NCBI GenBank assembly: GCA_030390025.1
Contig: CM059431.1
Coordinates: forward strand, 97,838,001 to 97,902,000
Length of the DNA stretch: 64,000 nucleotides
Reading direction: 5' to 3'
Source: Squalus acanthias
Taxonomy: Eukaryota
Shown: positions 40,011 through 51,069 of the stretch, one piece after another
Numbering within the stretch: position 1 is the stretch's first letter
How the letters are laid out: each line of letters opens with the position of its first letter
Translations under genes and position numbers: made by a program
The notes under the pieces: generated by a model
Told to the model about the DNA's origin: nothing
What the model saw: the letters and a program-made list of their open reading frames with translations, nothing else
Databases searched by the model: none

Positions 40011-40345
40011 TCGGAGGGGCAGTACTGAGGGAGAGCTGCACTGTCGGAGGGGCAGTACTGAGGGAGCGCCACACTGTCGGAGGGGCAGTACTGAGGGAGT
40101 GCCGCACTGTTGGTGGGGCAGTACTGAGGGAGTGCCGCACTGTTGGAGGGGCAGTACTGAGGGATCGCTGCACTGTCGGAGATGCCGTCTGTCGGATGAG
40201 ATGTTAAACCGAGGCCCCGTTTGCCCACTCATGGCACTATTGGAAGCAGAGCTGGGGAATTCTCAATGTCCTGGGGCCAATATTTATACCTCAACCAACA
40301 TCACCAAAACAGATGGTCTGGTCATTGATTTGTTTTGTAGTTTGT
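39290..40345 (+). mobile_element. SINE with ~24-unit array (~39391-40180)
   Basis: Head, array and a diverged body. Confidence 0.88.
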
Positions 40346-40389
40346 GTAAGTGATATCACTACAACTACGACTGCCCCGTTGCTTTTGTG

Positions 40390-41506
40390 TGCATTCGATA
40401 AGATGCCACACAAGAGGTTATTACACAAAATAAGGCTCATGGATTGGGGTAATATACTAGCATGGATTGAGGATTGGTTAATGGACAGAAAACAGAGAGT
40501 AGGAATAAACGGGTCATTTTCGGGTTGGCAGGCTGTAACTAGTGGGGTACCTCAAGGATCAGTGCTTGGGCCTCAGCTATTCACAATCTATATCAATGAT
40601 TTGGATGAGGGGGACCAAATGTAATATATCCAAGTTTGCTGATGATACAAAGCTGGGTGGGAATGTAAGTTGTGAGGAGGATGCAAGGAAGCTTCAAGGG
40701 ATATCGGCAGGCTAAGTGAGTGGGCAAGAACATGGCAATTGGAATATAATGTGGAGAAATATGAAGTTATCCACTTTGGTAGGGAAAAATAGAAAAGCAG
40801 AATATTTTTTAAATGGTGAGAAATTGGGAAATGTTGGTGTTCAGAGGGACCTGGGTGTCCTTGTACACAAATCACTGAAAGTTAACATGCAGGCACAGCA
40901 AGCAATTCGGGAAGCAAATGCTTTGTTGGCCTTTATTACAAGAGGATTTGAATATAAGAGTAAAGATGTCTTACTGCAATTATATAGGGCCCTGGTGAGA
41001 CCACACCTGGAGTATTGTGTACAGTTTTGGTCTCCTTACCTAAGGAAGGATACACTTGTCTTAGAGGGAGTGCAACGAAGGTTCACCAGACTGGTTCCTG
41101 GGATGGGGGGATTGTCCTATGAGGAGAGATTGAGTAGACTCGGCCTATATTCTGTAGGGTTTAGAAGAATGAGAGGTGATCTCATTGAAACATACAAAAT
41201 TCTTACAGGGCTTGACAGGGTAGATGCAGGGAGGATGTTTCCCCTGGCTGGGGAGTCTAGAACCAGGGGTCACAGTCTCAGAATAAGGGGTTGGCCATTT
41301 AGGACTGAGATGAGGAGAAATTTCTTCACTCAGAGGGTTGTGAATCTTTAAATTCTCTACCCCAGAGAGCTGTGGAGGCTAAGAGAACCAGAGGATATGC
41401 GGATAGTGCGGGAAGGTGGAGTTGAGGTCGAAGATCTTATTGAATGGCGGAGCAGGCTCGAAGGGTCGAATGGCTGACTCCTGCTCCTATTTCTTATGTT
41501 CTTATG
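40390..41506 (+). mobile_element. CR1-type LINE fragment with frameshifts
   Basis: AFDKMPH...[10 protein letters not shown]...[11 protein letters not shown]; ends ttcttatgttcttatg. Confidence 0.93.
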
Positions 41507-42521
41507 CTGATTTCTTAACTAACTCTTTTTCTCTGTGACTTGTTTCCTTTCCACAGTCCTAATACTTATTGTGACTTTTTTACAGCTGATGCCATTTCCC
41601 GGCAGGCCCGCTACCTGTTGGCACTGACCCCCATTCTTAATCCCCAGTCACTTGCTCCTGTGGCCTGGAGTTAGCTCATTCCCTTCAGTGTGACAACTCG
41701 CCAACTGAACCCAGGGCTACCCACTCGCCCTAAACAAACACTCTGCTTTCATTCACTCCTGTGGCCTTTCGAAGACCACAGTCCCTTCCCTTAGCTTTTT
41801 CATTCTCAATTTTTACAACTTTTATTCACATCTATAGGAAGCAGTTAGTATTGATTCATTCAAATGCAAATTGGAGAGATTTCTGTCAGAGAATAATATT
41901 TTGTGCTCCAGTATCTGAGTAATTGGAGACATGAGGTGTGGTGAGTGTAGTGAGCTCGGGAGGAACAGGTGACTTTGGACCTCTGGTTCCCGAAGCTCTC
42001 CACCACTGGGGGTTTTCCTCGCCTCATGTCTGGGTCTGTTGTAGACTCATTGATAGAGATTGATTGCTGTGATTGGTCAACAACTCCATTATCGTTGGAT
42101 CATGTGACCACCAGGATGGGAGAGGGTGAACTAGACGGACTGTGGTCTTTTACCGTCCAGCGATTCCTGTGTCCCTATCAGTTGTACCAAGCTCTCGTGC
42201 GTAAACTTCCCTCACGGCTTCCGTCGTACGTCCCACAGTATCTTTAACACTCTAGAAAGTTGTCCCAAGTTTTTGAGTAAAATGAAGCTTCCACTTTCTG
42301 GGATGGAATATTGTGTGCAGTTCTGGTCACCTCACTATAGGAAGGACGTAGAAGCATTGGAAAGAGTGCAAAGGAGATTTACCAGGATGCTGCCTGGTTT
42401 GGGGGGGAGGTCTTATGAGGAAAGATTGAGGGAGCTGGGGCTTTTCTCTTTAGAGCGGAGGAGGATGAGAGGCGACTTAATAGAGGTTTATAAGATGATG
42501 AGGGGGATAGATAGAGTGGAT

Positions 42522-43989
42522 ATCGGTGCCGTCTCCTGCTCTCGCCCTGAACTAGAACATTTCATTCACTATGCTTCCAATTTCCACCCTTCCCTCACCT
42601 TCACATGGTCCATCTCCGACTCTTCCCTTCCCTTCCTCGACTTCTCCATCTCCATCTCTGGGGATAGGTTATTGACTAACATTCACTACAAGCCCACTGA
42701 CTCCCACAGCTACCTGGACTACACTTCCTCCCACCCCGCCTCCTGTAAGGACACTATTCCATTCTCCCAGTTTCTCCGTCTCCGCCGCATCTGCTCTGAT
42801 GATGCCACCTTCCATACCAGTGCTTCCGACATGTCTTCCTTTTTCCTCAACCGAGGATTCCCCTCTACCGTGGTCGACACGGCCCTCGACCGTGTCCGTT
42901 CTATCTCCCGCACTTCTGCCCTCACCCCTGCCCCTCCCTCCCGGAACCATGATAGAGTTCCCCTTGTCCTCACCTTTCACCCCACCAGCCTCCACATTCA
43001 ACGGATCATCCTCCGCCATTTCCGCCACCTCCAGCGTGATCCCACCACCAAACACATCTTCCCCTCACCTCCCCTTTCAGCATTCCGCAGGGACCGCTCC
43101 CTCCGCGACACCCTAGTCCACTCCTCTACCACCCCCAGCACCCCTTCCCCTTCGCCCGGCACCTTCCCGTGCACGCGCAGGAGATGCTACACATGCCCTT
43201 ACACCTCCCCTCTTCCCACTGTCCAGGGCCCCAAACACCCCTTCCAGGTGAAACAGCGATTTACTTGTACTTCCTGCAATTTAGTATACTGTATTCGCTG
43301 CTCACGATGTGGTCTCCTCTACATTGGGGAGACCAAACGCAGATTGGGTGACCGCTTTGCGGAACACCTCCGTTCAGTCCGTAAGGGGGACCCCGAGCTC
43401 CCGGTGGCCTGTCACTTTAATTCACCGCTTCACTCCCACTCTGACCTCACCGTCCTCGGCCTATTACACTGTTCCACGGAAGCGCAGCGTAAGCTCGAGG
43501 AACAGCACCTCATCTTTCGTTTAGGCACGCTACAGCCCTCTGGACTCAATATCGAGTTCAACAATTTTAGATCATAACCTCAGCTCCAATCACATTTATA
43601 TTTTATTTTTTCCACCCTTTTATTTGCCCCCCCCCACCTTTTTTTTCCTCCGAGAAGCTGGCAGCTGTCCTTCATTCTGCCAGTGGATTTCACACTTCTT
43701 TCAGCCTTAATCTGTCACATTAACACCACCTCTAGCCTTGCATATCTCTTAATGTCTCTTAAAGTCTCTTCATCTCCCCCTTTGTTCTTTTATCCCCTCC
43801 CCCTTTTCCCAGCTTTACTCTGGCCTTAAATCTATTTGATTTCCGGCTCTTCACAGTTCTGATGAAAGGTCATCGACCTGAAACGTTAACTCTCTTTCTC
43901 TCTCCACGGATGCTGCCTGGCCTGCTGAGTTTTTCCAGCGTTTTCTGTTGTTATTTCAGATTTCCAGCATCCGCAGTATTTTGCTATCG
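42522..43989 (+). mobile_element. 5'-truncated Penelope-like element (RT C-terminus, Cys linker, GIY-YIG endonuclease, 3' tail)
   Basis: Motifs LPFLD, YKPTD, SSHP, CxxRRCxTC, [17 protein letters not shown]...EH and GLN. 14-bp TSD TAGATAGAGTGGAT at 42508-42521 and 43990-44003. Confidence 0.92.
43855..43891 (+). ncRNA. Minimal type-I hammerhead ribozyme motif in the Penelope tail
   Basis: agtt-CTGATGA-a-aggtc(atc)gacct-GAAAC-GTT-aact: conserved core boxes, stem II, stem I agtt/aact, palindromic ACGT stem III. Confidence 0.65.
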
Positions 43990-44881
43990 TAGATAGAGTG
44001 GATGTTCAGAGACTATCTCCTCGGGTAGAGGCAGCTGTTACAAGGGGGCATAACTATAAGGTGCATGGGGGGAGATATAGAAGGGATGTCCGAGGTAGAT
44101 TCTTTACTCAGAGAGTGGTTGGGGTGTGGAATGGACTGCCTGCTGTGATAGTGGAGTCGGACACTTTAGGAACTTTCAAGCGGTTATTGGATAAGCACAT
44201 GGAGCACACCAGAGTGATAGGGAGTGTGATAGCTTGATCTTGGTCTCGGACAATGCTCAGCACAACATCGAGGGCCGAAGGGCCTGTACTGTGCTGTACT
44301 GTTCTATGTTCTATGTTCTATGAATCTTAACATTTGGCACTGACCATGCCTTTCGTAACTTTTGTCAGAATGTTTATTTTCATACACGTCAGCAGCCAAT
44401 GTTTCAACATCAGCATTTTGCAAAATATTCGCCTTTCCTCACTGGGCTTGGAGGGCCTCTGTGTTAACCAACGAGATCGTTCTAGAGCCGTCAACATCTG
44501 AAGGGAAATGTACGGAGTGAGCCCATAATCATTCAGTGTGTGATAGATTGAAACCACACACTGGAGACAGTCCAGCAGCTCCCTGAGCCTCTTCCTGTAA
44601 CTCATATATTTTGGAGCATTTTGTCCTTTTTTTTTACAAAAAAGGAACATTATTACATTGTGCAATTAGTTTCACTTCCAGTGGAACAGGGGAACAGGAG
44701 AAGGCCATTCAGCCCTCGAGCCTGTTCCTCCATTCAATTAGATCATGGCTGATCTGTACCTGAACTCCATTTACCCGCCTTGGTTCCGTAACCCTTAATA
44801 CCCTTACCCCCAAAAAGTCTATCAATCTCAGTTTTGAAATTTTCAATTGACCCCCAGCATCAACAGCCTTTTGGGGGGGAG

Positions 44882-44985
44882 AGTTCTAACGGAAGGTCAT
44901 CGAGCTGAAACGTTAACTCTGTTTCTCTCTCCACAGAGGCTGCCTGACCTGCTGAGTATTTCCAGCATTTTCTGTTTTTATTACA
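44882..44985 (+). mobile_element. Short Penelope-like tail fragment inside a CR1 3' fragment
   Basis: gaaggtcatcgagctgaaacgttaactctgtttctctctccacag matches the tail at 43866-43950; the hammerhead core is mutated. Confidence 0.65.
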
Positions 44986-45175
44986 AATTTCCAGATTTCC
45001 ACCACCCTTTGTGTGAAGAAGTGCTTCCTGACATCACCCCTGAACGGCCCGGCTCTAATTTTAAGGTTATGGCCCCTTGTTCTGGACTCCCCCCACCAGA
45101 GGAAATAGTTTCTCTCTATCTACCCCATCAACTCCTTTAATCATCTTCAGCACCTCAATCAGATCACCCCTTAAT

Positions 45176-45642
45176 CATAAGAACATAAGAACATAAGAAA
45201 TAGGAGCAGGAGTAGGCCAATCGGCCCCTCGAGCCTGCTCCGCCATTCAATAAGATCATGGCTGATCTGATCCTAACCGCCAATCTACTATCTATCACAG
45301 AACCATCTCCTGCATCTAACAGAATTGCACACACGAAATAGGAGCAGAATCAGGCTACACAGTCCCTGGGCCCGCTCCACTACCCACAGGGCCATGACCG
45401 ATCCGAACCTAGACTCATGTCCAAATTCCTGCCCGCTCCCCGTAACCCTTAATGCCCTTTACTTCTAGGAAACTGTCTATTTCTGTTTTAAATTTAATTA
45501 ATGTTGTAGCTTCTACAGCTTTTTGTGGCAGCATATTCCATGGACCTACCACCCTCTGAGTGAAGTAGTTCCTCCTCATCTCAGTTTTGAAAGAGCAGCC
45601 CCTTATTCTAAGACTATGTCCCCTAGTTCTCGTCTCACCCGT
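45176..45642 (-). mobile_element. CR1 3' fragment with doubled tail
   Basis: Two successive tail-like segments, as in 62368-62570. Confidence 0.8.
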
Positions 45643-45994
45643 ATCTTCTATACTCCAGGGAATATCAGCCTAGCGTAGCCCAGTGCAGGAAACAAAATCT
45701 TTATGTTTGAAACTGTAAAAAGAGCAGGAGATTGTGAGCCTGGGTTGGCAGCTGCTGATGGTGTTGCCTGGAGGTTGACTGAAAACCAGTGCTCGAATAT
45801 CCAGGGAGTGATGCCTGTCACAGTTGGATTGCGGAGAGCTGAGCAGCTCCTCCCCTCCAACTAGGGGTGCGGTGTGTGTGTGTGTGTGTCCAGGCTGTGG
45901 GCGGGAGGATGGTGACAGTCACCTCGCACGACTTGTGGTGAGCTGGGCTCGCCTGTTGCGGGCTTGCACCTGTGCTATTTACAATGAAAAGAAA

Positions 45995-46268
45995 GAAAGA
46001 CTTGCATTTCTATAGCGCCTTTCACAACGTCCGGGCGTCCCAAAGTGCTTCACAGCCAATACTTTTTAAAGTCACCGGTGTAATGTCGGAAAAAGCGGCA
46101 GACAATTTGCGCACAGCAAGATCCCACAAAACAGCAATGAGATAAATGACCAGATCATCTGATGTTGGCTGAGGGATAAATACTCAAAATAGTGCGGTGG
46201 GATCTTTTACGTCCACCCGAGAGAGCAGATGGGGCCTCGGTTTAACGCCTCATCCGAAAGACGGATAA
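45995..46268 (-). mobile_element. Partial SINE (body and tail)
   Basis: Reverse complement of the SINE body, ending ~85 bp before the RAB20 acceptor. Confidence 0.8.
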
Positions 46269-46352
46269 TTCAATGTAGGACGAATGACCCGGGCTGGTGA
46301 TTCTGTGTCTGGAACGGGTCGGGTTTTCTGATGCTTTGCCGTATTTTGACAG

Positions 46353-46870
46353 GACGGGAGCAGTTCCACGGGCTGGGCTCGATGTATTGCCGCGGAGCCG
46401 CCGGGGTGATACTCACCTACGACGTGACGAACCGTCATAGTCTGCGAGAGCTGGAAGACCGGTTCCTCGCGCTGACTGACACCGCGCAGCCCGACTGCAT
46501 CTTCGCTGTTGTGGGGAATAAATGTGATTTGACTGACGCCTGTGCGGAGACTGATGAAAGTGAGCCAGAGGGGCCAGTTCCAGCAGCTCCCGCCCACAGA
46601 GCCTGTAAGCAGGTCGTCAAAGAAGATGCGTTGTATTTCTATCGCCAACTCATTAAATACAAGATGCTTGATGAAAAGGACTTCCCAGCGGCAGAGAAAA
46701 TGTGTTTTGAAACCAGCGCCAAGACGGGCTACAATGTAGACCAGCTCTTTGAGACCATTTTTGAACTGGTGGTGTCTCGCATTGCGGAGAAACCAGTCAA
46801 GCCCTCCCAGACTGTAGACCTCGGGCGCACCGTGAAGTCTAAACAGACGAAATCGCCCTGCTGCAATTAA
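46353..46870 (+). CDS. RAB20: RAB20 small GTPase, last coding exon
   Basis: Acceptor ttttgacag, then GREQFHGLGSMYCRGAAGVILTYDV...VGNKCDL...FETSAKTGYNVD...KSPCCN*. Has the NKxD and ETSAK boxes and a C-terminal CC prenylation motif. Position between NAXD and COL4A2 matches known vertebrate synteny. Confidence 0.95.
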
Positions 46871-47722
46871 GGGAAGGATGGTTGAATGCTTTGCTGCAGT
46901 ACACTCCATCTTCAAATGGAGGAGAAATCCCACTCGACAGTACAGTATCAATTCTGAAGGAGTGAGCGGTTCCCTGCGCTGTGTGTGTGTGTGTGTAAGC
47001 AAGATCCACCGCGGAGAAACAAAGGCCAACCGCTGGTGTACGTCACGGTCCCTTCGAGAATCAATTCAGTCCGGTGCCACCGCGTTCTGGTATCAATGGG
47101 AATGCCACACTATGGGTAGTGCAATAAGTGCTTGTTCACTCGTGAATGGTGACTCCTCGGGACACTAATCGCAGTCCCTGTGCGCTAGAAATGGGGGTTG
47201 TTAAAACAATCCGTCCCCCTTTTCACAGACTTGCGTAGCTGTGATTTAAAATGAACAATCACCAGAGTGAAAGGTTAATTTGGCAGACGGGTGTTTTTAA
47301 GTGCGCTGCTTGGAACCATTCGGGAAGGTCTTGAGTATTTTTTTTGGGTGGGTGGCGGGGGTTATAGATTTGATTCTCCCACCCTGCTTTTAAAGGGGTT
47401 TAATTGCAGTGTGGCAGTCAGCAGATTATAGATTATTAAAAGAAATTCCTGCTGTAAATTAATGATTTGAAATCGGATAAATGCAATGTGATTTAATGTG
47501 AATTCCCTGATGCATCGTGCACAACATTTTTTCTTACAGTTTAAAAAAATGCTATGTGTTAACAGACTTGTGAAAATTAAATTGACTTTTGAACAGTTGA
47601 ATTCATGAGCGTCTGTGTAAATCATTATGCCTGGGCTCCGATAGCCAGCTCTCGTGTGTTGAATTGTACACTTACAGTAATTTGTGTACATTCCCTTACT
47701 GTATATAATCTGTTAAATAATA

Positions 47723-47728
47723 ATTAAA
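47723..47728 (+). terminator. Candidate RAB20 poly(A) signal ATTAAA
   Basis: Ends an AT-rich ~850-bp 3' UTR-like stretch and is followed by T-rich sequence. Not confirmed by transcript data. Confidence 0.45.
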
Positions 47729-48115
47729 CTCCAGATTTTACAGCATCTATTTATTTCTGCCCTTTCCTATTGCAGTGGGGAAAGAGTTAAACTGACATTG
47801 CTGGCACTTTCACTGAATGGTGTAAGAAAGACAATACTTTGCAGTCGTGAGCGTTTTCTAAATTGCTGAACTGGTAGTTGAGATAACTTAAGATAACTGG
47901 AACCATAAGAGGCCGAGAGGATGTAAGTCCTGTTCTGGCAGAAAGGTAAAACAATGGGTTAGAAGTAAGAAGGCCTAGAGAGGCAGGAAAGGAGGACAAT
48001 GAGTCAGAAGTACAATGTTGATGAGACCCCATTTGGCATAAACAAAGGTCAGAGGTGCAACAACAGCTTGGGGGATAACGGACATATACTTTTCCGATAA
48101 TAGAGGCGGTACTTC

Positions 48116-49489
48116 TGATGCGACAGGGGTTACTAGTTTCAGGGGACATGCTGCATTCCACCAAAGGATTAAGAGGAGCTAAGGAACCGATATACTCACA
48201 GGAATAAACACGGCCCTTGATATACAAGGAGTCCAGAGTCGTGTGGAACGACTACAAGGGGTAATATAACAGATTTTAGAGAAGGAAACTGGTTTGGTTC
48301 GACAAGGATCAGAGTTGGGGGGACATACGATAAAGAAATTACTCGAGGGAATCAAGGTTATAGAGGACCATGCTAGCATTATCAACAAACTAAACCATAG
48401 AGATGAGGAACAGGCAAAAGACGGTGTAGGGCGAGGCTTGTGTCATGCCTATGGCCAATGGATCACCGGACAGTTAAAACACAATCTGGCACAGATACAG
48501 CAAGGTGAGGTACCAGACTGGATCTGAGCCAGAATCCAGGCCCTCTGAGTGCTTGCACCCTCAAAGGGATGACCAGAGTATATCCGGTGATACAAAAATG
48601 TAAAGCAGAAGTGACAGTAATGATAGGCATGGTACTCCTGATACCGGTGGTGGGACTAGACACGACTCCATACCCACAGTACCAGGTAACAAACATAGGC
48701 ATAGTGAGGGGTGAGACATACCTCCAATACTATCCAATTGATACCTATGCCATCAGGAAGAATGGTACTATGAGAGGAGTCTCCCTAAACGGATGCCACG
48801 GGAAAGGCACGCTTACGATATGCCCACATCCGGTAGGAGAAGACCCTAAGGATGAGTGCGGCTATAATAAGACAGAGGGGTGTGTGTTGGAATTATCACA
48901 TGTTGACCACCATCACACCCGCTCGGGATATAGAGGCGAAGGGGAGTATTGTTTCGCCACCACAGAGACTGAGTACCAATATAGTAACCTTGTATGTGCA
49001 ATCACAATGCCTAACTTCTGCTTTACGCCAAAGATCCCTGTGACAATTGGACACACCAGATTGGTGTATGTACATTCAAGGGAGGAGATAAAACTAAATG
49101 TGCCAGATAGTCTAAAGGACGAGTTGGTCAATTATGAAGATCCGGTAGGGGCCCCAATACCCCGCCTGCAAGAGGATCTGCAAGAAATGAAAGAGGATTT
49201 AAGTAAGATGGTGAAACAATACATAGTGTTGCAATGGAATCTTGGGGAATTAGAAAGGGACATAGAGGTAGAGCTACAGGAAGTCCCGTGATATGAGAAG
49301 CTGTGGGATTGGGGAATGAATGTCAACATACACCCATGGATCCGCATCATTTCTCATATGTTAGTGATAGTACAGTTAGTCATGGCTATAGGATGGGGAA
49401 TAGCAGCATGCACTGCTTGTAAAAAGAAACGGAACAAACAAAGAGCTAAAGCGAGTCGGAAAGAGCTGGAAAACACAAGGTTGCTCTAA
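48116..49489 (+). pseudogene. env: Retroviral env pseudogene (end of SU plus TM)
   Basis: Furin site RIKR at 48165-48176, heptad-like segments, Cys-rich ectodomain, hydrophobic TM helix ~49346-49411, basic tail. Stops at 48180, 48267, 48525 and 49289, and a frameshift near 48530. Confidence 0.85.
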
Positions 49490-49608
49490 ACATGATGGGT
49501 ATGCAGGGCCTCCCGAACCAGCGCCTGATCACCGCATGGGCAGGAGGCACAGCGATGCTTATACATGTGGTTTAACTTGGGCAAGGGCCAAGTACCAAAA
49601 GGGGGGAT

Positions 49609-50203
49609 TACAGTGGGGAAAGAGTTAAACTGACATCGCTGGCAGTTTCACCGAATGGTGTAAGGAAGACAATACTTTGCAGTAGTGAGCTTTTTCTAAA
49701 TTGCTGAACTGGCAGTTGAGATAACTTAAGATAACTGGAACCATAAGAGGCCGAGAGGATGTAAGTCCTGTTCTGGCAGAAAGGTAAAACAATGGGTTAG
49801 AAGTAAGAAGGCCGAGAGAGGCAGGAAAGGAGGACAATGAGTCAGAAGTACAATGTTGTTGGAACCCCATCTGGTATAAACAAAGGTCATAGGTGCAACA
49901 ACAGCTTAGGGGATAACGGACATATACTTTTTCGATAATAAAGGCGGTACTTCAATGTAACGCAGCATAGGCAACCAATCAGTGAAGATGCATGCGGGCC
50001 AAGGTCCAATCAGGTGGCAGGAATGAATTTTGCATCAGCTGGACATGTGTATTGTAATGTATAAAAATGTAGTGTTTGCTGTAACAATTTGGAGAAGTCT
50101 GGCTAAGACAGAGTGGGCTGTCTCCCCACCGGTGTAATAAAGACGACTTGATTATCGATCTGAAAACCTTGTGTCGAGTGTTGGTTTAAAATACACCACA
50201 ACA
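49609..50203 (+). promoter_or_regulatory. 3' LTR (595 bp) with CCAAT boxes, TATA box and poly(A) signal
   Basis: CCAAT at 49975 and 50006, TATAAAAA at 50060-50067, AATAAA at 50136-50141. Confidence 0.85.
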
Positions 50204-50346
50204 CCTATTGTTGAGGCACAGAGGTTGCCATCACAGAAGGAGGCCATTCGGCCCATTGTGTCTGTGCCAGCTCTACCAAGCAGTCCAAAGCTAATTCCTC
50301 TACCCTGCTCTCGTAACCCTGTATCCATCCCAGAATCTTTACAGGT

Positions 50347-50935
50347 ATGGTAGCACAGTGGTTATGTTACTAGACTAGTAATCCAGAGGCCTGGACTAAT
50401 AATCCACAACAACTTGCATTTATATAGCACCTTTAATGTAGCAAATACGAAGTCGTGAGTTCAAATCCCACCAGGGCAGTTTGTGAATTTGAATTCAATT
50501 AAATAAATCTGGAATAAAAAGCTAGCATCAGTAATGGTGACCGTGAAGCTGTCGGATTGTGGTAAAAACCCATCTGGTTCACTATCGTTCTTTAGGGAAG
50601 GAAACCTGCCGTCCTTACCCGGTCTGGGCCTATATGTGACTCCAGTCCCACACCAATGTGGTTGACTCTTAACTGTCCTCTGAAATTGCCGAACGAGACA
50701 CTCAGTTGTATCAAACCGCTACAAAAAAGTATAAGAATAAAAAAAAGCGGACAGGCCACCGGATTCGGACACGACAAAGGCACAACCAGCCCCGTCGACC
50801 CTGCAAAGCCCTCCTCACTAACATCTGGGGACTTGTGCCAAAATTGGGAGAGCTGCCCCACAGACTAGTCAACCACCAGCCTGACGTAGTCATATTCTGG
50901 GGACCTGCGCCTAAATTGGGAGAGCTATCCCACAT
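50347..50935 (+). mobile_element. tRNA-headed element of a different family followed by an endonuclease-like N-terminus
   Basis: A box tagcacagtgg, B box gagttcaaatcc, then LLTNIWGLVPKLGELPHRLVNHQPDVVI. Confidence 0.6.
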
Positions 50936-51069
50936 ACTATTTCCGATATAAATTCCTTTGTCCATATTTATTACAGAAACTGCCCATGTAAACGTCATGT
51001 TGTAATTACACCTTTGCTTCAGTGGTGGTGCTGCAGAGTCTCCACTAGAAGAAGATTATTAAGGAGAAA

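Larger units (their letters stand above)
42302..44322 (+). mobile_element. CR1 3' fragment split by the Penelope insertion (42302-42521 and 44004-44322)
   Basis: EYCVQFWSP...RGIDRVD, then VQRLSP...RFFTQRVVGVWNGLP; (GTTCTAT)n tail. Confidence 0.9.
47771..50203 (+). mobile_element. Internally deleted endogenous retrovirus: partial 5' LTR, env remnant, PPT, full 3' LTR
   Basis: Direct repeat 47771-48115 / 49609-49953; TG start and CA end; TSD CCTAT at 47766-47770 and 50204-50208; PPT AAAAGGGGGGA just before the 3' LTR. Confidence 0.92.

Noticed and set aside
48569..49291. 240-aa env ORF as a domesticated (syncytin-like or secreted) gene
   Set aside because: It is bounded by a frameshift and a TGG-to-TGA-type stop, with more stops upstream and no 5' promoter; this fits decay.
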